Source of the DNA: an uncultured Verrucomicrobiota bacterium
Lineage (GTDB): Bacteria > Verrucomicrobiota > Verrucomicrobiia > Limisphaerales > UBA8199
NCBI GenBank assembly: GCA_964653485.1
Contig: CAZZFF010000019.1
Span: 1,219-65,218 of the forward strand
Reading direction: 5' to 3'
Length of the DNA stretch: 64,000 nucleotides
Shown here: positions 39,734-48,748 of the stretch, one piece after another
Position numbering within the stretch: the stretch's first letter is position 1
Layout of the letters: each line of letters opens with the position of its first letter
Translations under genes and position numbers: made by a program
Notes under the pieces: model-generated
The model's input: the letters and a program-made list of their open reading frames with translations, nothing else
The model's database searches: none
What the model was told of the DNA's origin: nothing

Positions 39734-41827
39734 TTAGGGCCAGCGCAAGCGATAGAAGCGGGTCGGATAATTTGTCCACTGTGGATCGCTCAAATAAGCA
39801 GAGCCGCTCGTGATGATGTTCGTGGCAATCGGAGTCCACAAAGGATTGGCAAGATTCGTGCAGGCGTCAACTGCGACGGTCATCCCGTTGGCCCAGTCGA
39901 TGGTGAAGCCGAATTGATTGCTCCGAACGCCGAAGCTGTCATTGCTGGCCTGCAGCCGGGGGAGCCACAGCGCGACCGGAACTCCGGTGCTGGCGGATAC
40001 GTCGTCCCAGCCCGTAGTCCCAGGCAGGTAATAGAGCGTCAAATCACTGTCCCCGTCGAACACATCCTCACCAAAGCTGGGGGCGCCACCCTGGAAATAG
40101 ACTGCCGGCAGCTTGGTGCAGAAACCGAACGCCTCTTCTCCGATGTGAATGACGCTGTTGGGGATCGTGTAGCTTCCGACCTCGCCTCCCGGGTATTCAA
40201 TGAGCGTGGTCAGGTTCTTGTTGAACAGCACCCCATTCAAACTGCTGTAAGCAGGATTGTTTGTATCCACCGTGATTGCCGCCAGACTAGGGCAGTCTTG
40301 GAACACAGCCGGTCCAATGTTGGTAACGCTTGCGGGTATCGTGATGACAGGCAGGTTGGCGCAGTCGAAAAACGCATAGTCCCCGATGTTCGCGACGCCG
40401 CTGCCGAGCGAGAGATTGGCCAGTTTGGCGCAGCCATTGAACGCCCAGGGGCCAATGCTGCCGACACTGTTGGGGATCGTGACGCTGGCCAGGCCGCATA
40501 CCGAGAACGCAAAGGCCCCGATGTTGGTAATGCCGTTGCCGAGCGTGGCATTCGTCAGGCCGGCGCAGCCAGCGAACACCCCCGCACCGATGCTGGTGAC
40601 GCTGTCAGGGATCGTGAGGCTGGTCAGGCCGGCGCAATCATCAAACGCCCAGTTCCCGATGCTGGTGACGCTGTCAGGGATCGTGACGCCGGTGAGGCCG
40701 GCGCAGCCATCAAACGCCCAGTTCCCGATGCCGATCACGGTGTTGGGGATCGTGTAGCTTCCAACCCTGCCTACGGAACATTGAATGAGCGTGGTCAGGT
40801 TCTTGTTGAACAACACCCCATCCAAACTGGCATAGGCAGGATTGTTTGTATCCACCGTGATTGCCGCCAGACTGGGGCAGCCAGCGAACGGACCGGATCC
40901 AATGTTGGTAACGCTGCCGGGGATGGCGATGCCATCCAGGCCCGAGCAACCGGAGAACGCACCATCTCCGATGCTGCCGAGGCTGTTGGGAAGCGTGATG
41001 CTGGTCAGCGTGGCGCATTCACTGAACGCATCGTCTCCGATGTTAATGACGCTGTTGGGGATCGTGTAGCTTCCGGCCTGGCCTGCCGGGTATTCAATGA
41101 GCGTGGTCAGGTTCTTGTTGAACAACACCCCATCCAAACTGGCATAGGCAGGATTGTTTGTATCCACCGTGATCGCCACCAGACCAGAGCACCCAACGAA
41201 CGGACTGGGTCCAATGTTGGTAACGCTTGCGGGTATCGTGATGCGAGTCAGGCCCAAGCAATCGGAGAACGCATCGTCTCCGATGTTTATGACGCTGTTG
41301 GGGATCGTGTAGCTTCCGACCCCGCTTCCCGGGTCTTCAATGAGTGTGGTCTGGTTCTTGTTGAACAACACCCCATTCAAACCGCTGTAAGCGGGATTGT
41401 TTGTATCCACCGTGATCGCCGCCAGACTGGGGCAGTCTTCGAACGCCTCGTTCCCGATGCTGGTGACGCTGGCGGGGATCGTGACGCCAGCCAGGCTGGG
41501 GCAGTAGGCGAAGGCCATGTCCCCGATGTTGGTAACGCCATTGGGAATCGTGACGCTAGTGAGGTTGTTCAAGCTGAAGAACGCCCCGTCCCCGACGCTG
41601 GTGACGGGCAGGCCAGCGACCACGCTGGGGATGGTCACCGCCCCACCAGAACCGGTGTATGCCGTGATGGTAATCGTGCCGTTGGTGACTGCGTAATCGA
41701 ATTGGGCTCGCACCACGGCAGGCAGCGCCAACATCAACAGCAGCGGTAGAATCCATGAAACGAAGACCCGACCCACAATAGCCATTTTGACGGCCAGAAT
41801 TCCGAGCACTGTCTTAGTTGTCTTCAT
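39734..41827 (-). CDS. BspA-type leucine-rich repeat surface protein, second paralogue
   Basis: LRR_5 repeats, signal ...LPAVVRA-QFDYAVTNG, same C-terminal domain as 21809-24297; start set at ATG 41827. Confidence 0.92.
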   Translation of the reverse strand: MKTTKTVLGILAVKMAIVGRVFVSWILPLLLMLALPAVVRAQFDYAVTNGTITITAYTGSGGAVTIPSVVAGLPVTSVGDGAFFSLNNLTSVTIPNGVTNIGDMAFAYCPSLAGVTIPASVTSIGNEAFEDCPSLAAITVDTNNPAYSGLNGVLFNKNQTTLIEDPGSGVGSYTIPNSVINIGDDAFSDCLGLTRITIPASVTNIGPSPFVGCSGLVAITVDTNNPAYASLDGVLFNKNLTTLIEYPAGQAGSYTIPNSVINIGDDAFSECATLTSITLPNSLGSIGDGAFSGCSGLDGIAIPGSVTNIGSGPFAGCPSLAAITVDTNNPAYASLDGVLFNKNLTTLIQCSVGRVGSYTIPNTVIGIGNWAFDGCAGLTGVTIPDSVTSIGNWAFDDCAGLTSLTIPDSVTSIGAGVFAGCAGLTNATLGNGITNIGAFAFSVCGLASVTIPNSVGSIGPWAFNGCAKLANLSLGSGVANIGDYAFFDCANLPVITIPASVTNIGPAVFQDCPSLAAITVDTNNPAYSSLNGVLFNKNLTTLIEYPGGEVGSYTIPNSVIHIGEEAFGFCTKLPAVYFQGGAPSFGEDVFDGDSDLTLYYLPGTTGWDDVSASTGVPVALWLPRLQASNDSFGVRSNQFGFTIDWANGMTVAVDACTNLANPLWTPIATNIITSGSAYLSDPQWTNYPTRFYRLRWP

Positions 41828-42131
41828 AGGTGTCCTAATTCTGTCGAGAAGCGGCATGTCAATATCCACTCCGGCGGGTCTCAAGCCTCACCGGCATGGG
41901 CAGCACTATCCCCGGCAACCACACAGACTCTTTTTGCAACATCCACCATTGTCAAAGTTTCTTTCCAAGGGTGCAAGCCAAATCCGCCCGCCCGAAACGT
42001 GCCCACAAGGCCCCGTTCTTTATCGGACCACGCTCTGGTAATCCGTCTCGTCGTCGGCTTTCACAACGACGCGGAGGTCGGAATTCGCGGCTTTCAATTG
42101 GCGCAGTTTGTCCTTGAGGGCGGAGCTTTTT

Positions 42132-42623
42132 TCAGGGCGTCTCGTTCCGTTCCAGTTTGGCTACTTTGGCAAGGCGGCGGCAGTGACGCTCGGCGCCTGT
42201 GAATCGCGCCGCAAGAAATGTTTTCACCAGTTCCCAGGCCAAGGCGTCGCCGATAACCCGGCCGCCGAGGCAGATCATGTTCAGATCGTCGTCTTCGACC
42301 CCCTGGTGCGCTGAAAAGCTGTCATGGATGAGGCTGGCCCGCGCCCCCGGCACCTTGTTGGCGGCCACAGAGGCGCCAACGCCGCTGCCGCACACGGCCA
42401 CGCCGCGATCCACGGTCCCCCCTGCAACCGCTCGGGCCAAGGGCACCACGAAATCGGGGTAATCATCCCCTGGCTCGCATTTGAGATCGCCGAAATCGGT
42501 CACTTCATACCCTGCCTCGCGCAGGAGCCGGGCGAGCGTCTCCTTCAAGCCAAAGCCGCCATGGTCGGCGGCAATCCCGATGCGCTTCGGGGCCGGCGTC
42601 AAGGCTTTCCCAGGGTCGGTCAT
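42132..42623 (-). CDS. rpiB: Ribose-5-phosphate isomerase B
   Basis: IGIAADHGG, DDYPDF, VCGSGVGASVAANKVPGARA, DDLNMICLGGR, RHCRRLAK. Confidence 0.93.
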   Translation of the reverse strand: MTDPGKALTPAPKRIGIAADHGGFGLKETLARLLREAGYEVTDFGDLKCEPGDDYPDFVVPLARAVAGGTVDRGVAVCGSGVGASVAANKVPGARASLIHDSFSAHQGVEDDDLNMICLGGRVIGDALAWELVKTFLAARFTGAERHCRRLAKVAKLERNETP

Positions 42624-42633
42624 AATCGGAAGC

Positions 42634-44430
42634 TCACGCCGGGGCGGTCCATTTGCCGTGCTCTTTGATGAGGTCCACGAGGCGGTCGACGGCCTCAGCT
42701 TCGGGGATATTGAATTTAACCGGGGTCTTGCCGACATAGAGGTTGATCTTGCCGGGGGCGCCGCCCACGTAGCCGAAATCGGCGTCAGCCATTTCGCCCG
42801 GGCCATTGACGATGCAGCCCATGATGGCGATTTTCACCCCTTTGAGGTGCTCCGTGCGGGCCTTGATTCGGGCGGTCACGGTCTGAAGGTTGAACAAGGT
42901 GCGGCCGCAGGAGGGACAGGCCACGTAGTCGGTCTTGAAAGACCGGCAGCCGACCGCCTGGAGGATGTTGTAGGCCAGGCGCAGGGACTGGCCGGGGCCG
43001 GTCTCGGCTCGGACCAGGACGGCGTCGCCGATGCCGTCGGCCAGCAAGGCGCCGATGACAACCGAGGAGCGGATCAGCGCGAGCTTGGGCGGGAGCGAGG
43101 CCGGGTGGGCCTCGAGCGTGTCTTTGAGCAGGATTGGATTGTTGCGCCCGGCTCGTTTGAGTTTGGCCGCCAGCAGGCGAAACGCCGCCAATGCAGGCAG
43201 GGGCGTGCCGTCCTTGACTGTGAGCAGGCGGGTGTCGTCGGGTGGCGCCGGATCGCGGGTCGGGTCAACCTCCAGCGCGCCAAGGTCTTCATAGACCCCC
43301 TCGGGCCTCACATCGGTCTTAGGACTGAGTTTGGGGGCGACCGTGTCCCAGACAGCGCGGGTCACCACGACGCGGACGGTTTGTTGGCCGCCGCATTTCA
43401 CGCCCCCGGGCAATTCGAGTTCCGGCGTGGAGCGGCGCGAGTAGGTGAAGGGATCGAACGGGGCGATTGCGGCGAGGGCCGGGTCCGAAATGCCGAGCGC
43501 GGAACGCGAAGCCGAGGAGGCGGGCAAGGTCAGCAGCGGGATGTGCGCCAGCAAATCGCGGCAAACCTCGATTTCCCTAGGCGAATCTTCGGTGAGGGAG
43601 ACGCGAATGGTGTCACCCAGGCCGTCGCACAGCAGCGAGCCGATGCCAATGGCGCTCTTGATGCGGCCATCCTCCCCTTCGCCCGCCTCGGTGACGCCCA
43701 GGTGAATCGGGTAGTTCCAGTCCGCCCCCTCCTGTTCCAAGCGCGCGGCCAGCAGCCGGTAGCATTCGATCATCACCTTGGGGTTGCTGGACTTCATCGA
43801 GAACTTGAAGTTGTGAAAGTCGTGCTTGCGGGCGATGCGGGCGAACTCGAGCGCGCTCTCGACCATCCCCAAAGGCGAATCGCCAAAGCGATTCATGATG
43901 CGGTCGCTCAAGGAACCATGGTTGACGCCGATGCGCAGGGCGCGGCCCAATTCCTTGCACACCTTGACCAGCGGCGTGAATTTCTCCTCGATGCGCGCCA
44001 GTTCAGCCGCGTATTGCTCGGGTGTGTACTCCTTGACGGCGAATTTCTTGCTGTCGGCGTAATTGCCCGGGTTGATGCGGACCATCTCGACCCATTTGGC
44101 GGCTTCGAGGGCGGCCTCGGGCTTGAAGTGGATGTCGGCGACAATCGGCACGTTCGAGCCGCGCGCGCGCAACTCGGCGACGATGTTCCCGAGATTGGCG
44201 GCGTCCTTGACCGTGGGCGCGGTGATCCGCACGATCTGGCAGCCCGCTTCGACCAGTTCCAGGGTTTGCCTCACGCACTCGGCGGTGTCCATGGTGTCGC
44301 AAGTCAGCATGGACTGGACGACCACGGGACGATTGCCGCCGATGATGACACCGCCCCGTGCCGGATCGCCCACGACCACCTCGCGGGTGAGGCGGCGCCG
44401 CCATAGGAAGGGGGAATCGCAGTAGCGCAT
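42634..44430 (-). CDS. ispG: (E)-4-hydroxy-3-methylbut-2-enyl-diphosphate synthase, long three-domain form
   Basis: VQSMLTCDT, VADIHF, RINPGNY, RIGVNHGSLS, HLGVTEAG, GDTIRVSLT, ACPSCGRT, IMGCIVNGPGE; insertion domain present. Confidence 0.96.
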   Translation of the reverse strand: MRYCDSPFLWRRRLTREVVVGDPARGGVIIGGNRPVVVQSMLTCDTMDTAECVRQTLELVEAGCQIVRITAPTVKDAANLGNIVAELRARGSNVPIVADIHFKPEAALEAAKWVEMVRINPGNYADSKKFAVKEYTPEQYAAELARIEEKFTPLVKVCKELGRALRIGVNHGSLSDRIMNRFGDSPLGMVESALEFARIARKHDFHNFKFSMKSSNPKVMIECYRLLAARLEQEGADWNYPIHLGVTEAGEGEDGRIKSAIGIGSLLCDGLGDTIRVSLTEDSPREIEVCRDLLAHIPLLTLPASSASRSALGISDPALAAIAPFDPFTYSRRSTPELELPGGVKCGGQQTVRVVVTRAVWDTVAPKLSPKTDVRPEGVYEDLGALEVDPTRDPAPPDDTRLLTVKDGTPLPALAAFRLLAAKLKRAGRNNPILLKDTLEAHPASLPPKLALIRSSVVIGALLADGIGDAVLVRAETGPGQSLRLAYNILQAVGCRSFKTDYVACPSCGRTLFNLQTVTARIKARTEHLKGVKIAIMGCIVNGPGEMADADFGYVGGAPGKINLYVGKTPVKFNIPEAEAVDRLVDLIKEHGKWTAPA

Positions 44431-44432
44431 TA

Positions 44433-44488
44433 GTGAATTATGAAATGTGAAATATGAAATGCGGATTCTGAATCGTGAATCATGAATG
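44433..44488. repeat. Eight degenerate 7-bp tandem units (RTGAAAT-like) between rseP and ispG
   Basis: gtgaatt atgaaat gtgaaat atgaaat gcggatt ctgaatc gtgaatc atgaatg. Confidence 0.75.
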
Positions 44489-44508
44489 GCCCAACATCGC
44501 CGGACGGC

Positions 44509-45918
44509 TCATTTTTCGGATGCCTTCGGAGAGAACCTGATGTCGGCCGGCTTGTCCTTGGCGCGTTTCCAAGGCAGGTCCTGCACGTCATAAAACGCGA
44601 TATAGAGCATGAACCCGATGAGCAGCACGGCGCAGGTGGTCTGAACCGCCCCGAGCAGCCGGGCGCTGATCGGCTTGCGGCGGATGCCCTCGATCAGGGC
44701 CAAGAGGATGTGGCCGCCATCCAGGACCGGGATGGGCAGCATATTGAGCACGGCGAGGTTGACGTTCATCAGGACGCTGAACCAGAGCGCCAGCCGCCAG
44801 CCTTGCTCCGCGTTAAAGAGCCGGGAATAGACCTCCATGATCTTGACCGCGCCGCCCAGGTGCTGCGGTTTGATGTCCGAATGGCGCGCGAACAGGGCGC
44901 CGAACGTCTCGAACATGGTGGCGACGCTGGCCGTGACCTGCTCGATCGCGCCCGGGTAGCGGAGGGTCCACTTGTCCTCCCAGGTAAGAATTCCCAGGCT
45001 GGCCTTGCCTCCCGTGGCGGGCACTTCGGGCTTTAACGAGATTTCAAGCGGCTGTCCTTGCCGAAGGCAGCTCAGCCGCAGGGTCTCGTCGGGATGGCTT
45101 TCGGCATAGTCATCCAGCGCGTTGGGATGATATAGCTTTATCCCGTTGACGGCGAGTATCTGGTCTCCGGCGCGGAGGTGGGCCAGGGCGGCGGGGCTGT
45201 TGGGAGCCATGTCGCTGACGAGCAAATCATGGGCCGGGGCGATTTGAATTTTTCGCAGGCTCTTGCGTTCCCACAGCTTGGTCGGCTCCTTGGAAGGCTT
45301 GGGAAAGAATTCGAGGGCCTTTCCCTCGCGCTCGACCCTGACGGGCACGGTGGCCCCCTCGCTGCGCACAATCCGCCACGTCACGCTGTCACCCATCCCG
45401 CCAAACTTGGTTACGGCCCGGCCGTCCACGGACAGGATACGGTCGCCGGGACGCAACCCCGCCTCGTCGGCGGGGCCGTCTTTGACCACATAGCCGACGG
45501 TGGTGGTCCTCTCGGCCTCGCTGACGGGCCGGCCGACGATCATCACCACGAGCGCAAAGGCCAGCGCGAGCAGAAAGCTGAAGAGCGGGCCGGCAAACGC
45601 CACGATGATCTTGTCGAGCGGAGGAATATTGGGCAAGCTCGCGGCCTCGCCCGAACCCTCTCCTTTGCCTTCGATGACCTCCATGGTCGCCATTTGGGGC
45701 AGAGAAACATAACCGCCCGCGGGAATGGTCCCGAGGGCATATTCCACCCCGCCAATCTTCTTCTTCCAAATGGGCTTGCCGAACCAGATGGCAAAGCGGT
45801 CGATCTTCAACCCCCGCCAGCGCGCAGCCAGGAAGTGCCCCAACTCATGCACAAAGATGAGCAGGTTGAAAAGCAGCAGCACTTCCAGGGCGATTACGAT
45901 AATCTTCAAAATGGACAT
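44509..45918 (-). CDS. rseP: RIP metalloprotease RseP
   Basis: FVHELGH, GGYV, FAGP, two PDZ domains, NMLPIPVLDGGH. Confidence 0.94.
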   Translation of the reverse strand: MSILKIIVIALEVLLLFNLLIFVHELGHFLAARWRGLKIDRFAIWFGKPIWKKKIGGVEYALGTIPAGGYVSLPQMATMEVIEGKGEGSGEAASLPNIPPLDKIIVAFAGPLFSFLLALAFALVVMIVGRPVSEAERTTTVGYVVKDGPADEAGLRPGDRILSVDGRAVTKFGGMGDSVTWRIVRSEGATVPVRVEREGKALEFFPKPSKEPTKLWERKSLRKIQIAPAHDLLVSDMAPNSPAALAHLRAGDQILAVNGIKLYHPNALDDYAESHPDETLRLSCLRQGQPLEISLKPEVPATGGKASLGILTWEDKWTLRYPGAIEQVTASVATMFETFGALFARHSDIKPQHLGGAVKIMEVYSRLFNAEQGWRLALWFSVLMNVNLAVLNMLPIPVLDGGHILLALIEGIRRKPISARLLGAVQTTCAVLLIGFMLYIAFYDVQDLPWKRAKDKPADIRFSPKASEK

Positions 45919-46215
45919 ATTTCCAGCCCGGACATTTCACAGGCCAAGCGCCAATTCTTCATCCGTCCCGGGCTGGCGACTTAGCCCAACATCCGACGCC
46001 CAAGAATATAGCAGAGGTAATTCCACGGGGGAAGCTGGAATCCACCTCAGACACGCGGATGCCGTGAGGTGGGCCTTCCTTCGGCTCTCCGCGTTCGCGC
46101 GCCGTGTTGACTGGCGCCCGCTCGGCTGCTAGATTCCAGGCTGTGACGCGTCAGCCACGAACATCTGCAATCATCCCCGATTCATAGCCATAATCCCGTT
46201 CAACAGAGCATCAAT

Positions 46216-47118
46216 ATGAACACGACTCATTTCAGCCGCCGCCAGTTTCTCCAACGCACCGCCGCCGCCGCCGGCGGACTGTTGCTGAGCGCCGAGGGCC
46301 TCCTCGCTCGCCAGGCCGCCAAGCGGACAGCGGTGGACCAGGTTGCCCTGGGCAACACCGGCCTCAAGTTGAGCCGCTTGGGTTTTGGCGCCGGCAGCAA
46401 CAGCGGGAACGTGCAATACGCCCTGGGCCGGGAGTCGTTCAACAAGCTCATCCACTACGCCTACGACCAGGGCATCACCTTTTTCGATTGCGCCCAGAGC
46501 TACCGCACCTTCGAGTGGCTTGGCGGGGCGATTAAGGGGCTGCCCCGCGAGAAGATTTTCATCCAGTCGAAAGTCTCGGGCAGGCCGGAGAAGGTGCTCG
46601 AGGCCATCGATCATCACCGCAAGGTGTTCGACACCGATTACGTGGACAGCATGCTCATTCACTGCATGGTCGAAGACGGCTGGACCGACAAAATGAAAGC
46701 CATGATGGACGGCTTCAACGAGGCCAAGGAGAAAAAGTGGATTCTGGCCAAGGGCGTTTCCTGCCACAGCCTCCCTGCCCTCCGCGCGGCAACCACCTCA
46801 CTGTGGACCGATGTCCATCTGGTCCGTGTCAATCCCCAGGCCAAACACATCGATGGCATGGAGCAGGAATGGAACAAGTCCGGCACCGACATCTCGCCCG
46901 TGCTTGCCGAGCTCAAGACCATGCGCAGCAAAGGCCGCGGCGTCATCGGCATGAAGATCATCGGCGACGGCGAGTTCGTCAACCCGGACGACCGCGAGAA
47001 ATCCATCCGCTTTGCCATGTCCCGTCCCGAGCTGAGCGCGATTGTCATCGGGTTCAAGAGCGCTGCCGAAATCGATGAAGCGATCCACCGCGTAAATCGT
47101 GCCTTGGCGGAGGCATGA
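46216..47118 (+). CDS. Aldo/keto reductase with Tat signal
   Basis: SRRQFL; LGNTGLKLSRLGFG, GITFFDCAQSY, GVSCHS, GMKIIGDG. Confidence 0.9.
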   Translation: MNTTHFSRRQFLQRTAAAAGGLLLSAEGLLARQAAKRTAVDQVALGNTGLKLSRLGFGAGSNSGNVQYALGRESFNKLIHYAYDQGITFFDCAQSYRTFEWLGGAIKGLPREKIFIQSKVSGRPEKVLEAIDHHRKVFDTDYVDSMLIHCMVEDGWTDKMKAMMDGFNEAKEKKWILAKGVSCHSLPALRAATTSLWTDVHLVRVNPQAKHIDGMEQEWNKSGTDISPVLAELKTMRSKGRGVIGMKIIGDGEFVNPDDREKSIRFAMSRPELSAIVIGFKSAAEIDEAIHRVNRALAEA

Positions 47119-48728
47119 AGCCCTCGATCCCGCGCTGCAAGCGCGCGTCGTGGAATGCGGGATACCGAATCGCGGGGCCGCAACAGTCCGGGGCGTCACC
47201 GCGGAACCGTGTAACGCCCTCAACGGCGGCAGGTATTGTTCTTGACCGGCCGCGCGGCTGCTTTCATTTTGCGCGGGTGTTGAGAAAGGTTTTAGTCTTT
47301 GGGGTGATGGCGGGGTGGGTGGTTGCCGGGCTGGGAGCGGAGCCGGAGCGGTCGGTGGTGCAGATCATGACGTTCGCTCAGCAGCCGTCATGGGACAGTC
47401 CGTGGCGGTTCGAGGCGGTGAGGCGGCTGGGCGGTTCGGGCTTTGTGATCAAGGGGAAGCGGATCATGACCAATGCGCACGTGGTGAGCTGGGCGCGCCA
47501 GATCATCGTGCGCCGCTACCAGGACCCGCGCCCTTACCTGGCGGAGGTGGAATACATCGGGCACGATTGCGACCTTGCCGTGCTGAAGGTGGCGGACGGC
47601 CGCTTCTTCGAGAAGCTGGAGCCCCTGGAGTTTGGCGAACTGCCCAAGGTGCGTTCGAGCGTGGTCACCTACGGCTATCCTGCGGGCGGGGAGGAAATCT
47701 CTTACACGCGCGGGGTGGTCTCGCGCGTTGAACTGGAGACCTACTCCCATATCGGGAACCGTCATTTGCTGAGCGCGCAGACCGACGCGGCGATCAACCC
47801 TGGGAACAGTGGCGGCCCGGTCATCCAGGACGACCGGGTGGTCGGCGTGGCGTTCCAAGGCATGCCGGGGCTGGAGAACACCGGCTTTTTTATCCCCCCG
47901 CCGGTGATTGAGCATTTCCTGAAGGACGTTGAAGACACGCATTACGACGGCATTCCACAGGCAGGGGTGCGGCTGGCGCAACTGCAAAACCCCGCCTATC
48001 GCAGCCAGCTTAAACTGCCGGATGACGCCCGGGGCGCGCGGGTGGACGGCCTTCTGCCAATCGCCAGCACCGAGAAGGTCCTTAAAGAGGAGGATGTGAT
48101 TTTGCAGATCGGCTCGTTCCCGGTAGCGAGCGACGCCACGATTCTCTACCAGGGCAATCGTGTTTCCGCGGCCCTGGGTTTTCAGTTGGCCCAGGCCGGG
48201 GAGAGCGTTCCGCTGAAAATCTGGCGGGACGGCCAGCAGCAAGAGGCCTTGCTGCCGGTCTTTCCGTACAGCGGGGATCGCGCCGCGGGCTACCAGCACG
48301 AATCTCCCCCTCGCTACTATGTGTACGGGGGACTGGTGTTTACCCCGTTGAGTCTCGATTATCTCAGGACACAGGGCCGGAGTTCGACCGATCCCTCCTC
48401 CGGCGAGCTTTACTACGAACTCTACTACCGGCGCTACGAGAGCCCCGCGACGGCGCGGCCCGAGCCGATAGTCCTGGCCGCGGTGCTCGCGGATGCCGTC
48501 AATGCCAACGTTTCGACCCGGAGCCGGGCGCTGGTGGACCGGATCAACGGCAAGCGCATCGAAAAGCTGGAGGACGCGGTGAGCGCGTTCGAGACGAACA
48601 CCAACGCTTACGAGATCATCGAGTTTCTACCCAACCATTCAATCGAGTGCCTGGACCGCGGCGCTACCGCCAAGGCCAACGCCGGCATCCTGCAAACCTA
48701 CGGCGTGACCAAGGACCGCCGATTGTGA
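47115..48728 (+). CDS. Trypsin-like serine protease with two PDZ domains (plant Deg2/Deg9-like architecture), active triad
   Basis: MTNAHVV (His), GHDCDLAVL (Asp), AAINPGNSGGP (Ser); C-terminal PRYYVYGGLVFTPLS..YL PDZ; true start probably near 47307. Confidence 0.9.
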   Translation: MKPSIPRCKRASWNAGYRIAGPQQSGASPRNRVTPSTAAGIVLDRPRGCFHFARVLRKVLVFGVMAGWVVAGLGAEPERSVVQIMTFAQQPSWDSPWRFEAVRRLGGSGFVIKGKRIMTNAHVVSWARQIIVRRYQDPRPYLAEVEYIGHDCDLAVLKVADGRFFEKLEPLEFGELPKVRSSVVTYGYPAGGEEISYTRGVVSRVELETYSHIGNRHLLSAQTDAAINPGNSGGPVIQDDRVVGVAFQGMPGLENTGFFIPPPVIEHFLKDVEDTHYDGIPQAGVRLAQLQNPAYRSQLKLPDDARGARVDGLLPIASTEKVLKEEDVILQIGSFPVASDATILYQGNRVSAALGFQLAQAGESVPLKIWRDGQQQEALLPVFPYSGDRAAGYQHESPPRYYVYGGLVFTPLSLDYLRTQGRSSTDPSSGELYYELYYRRYESPATARPEPIVLAAVLADAVNANVSTRSRALVDRINGKRIEKLEDAVSAFETNTNAYEIIEFLPNHSIECLDRGATAKANAGILQTYGVTKDRRL

Positions 48729-48748
48729 GGCGCGAAGTGAAGGACGAC

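Noticed and set aside
21809-41827. Diversity-generating retroelement acting on LRR or propeller repeats
   Set aside because: No reverse transcriptase and no adenine-specific TR/VR mismatch pattern seen; differences between copies involve all bases.
46042-46072. Short inverted repeats (ccacctca/tgaggtgg here; ccctgcg/cgcaggg at 59102-59119)
   Set aside because: 7-8 bp stems are common at this GC content and lack clear U-tracts; not called as terminators.
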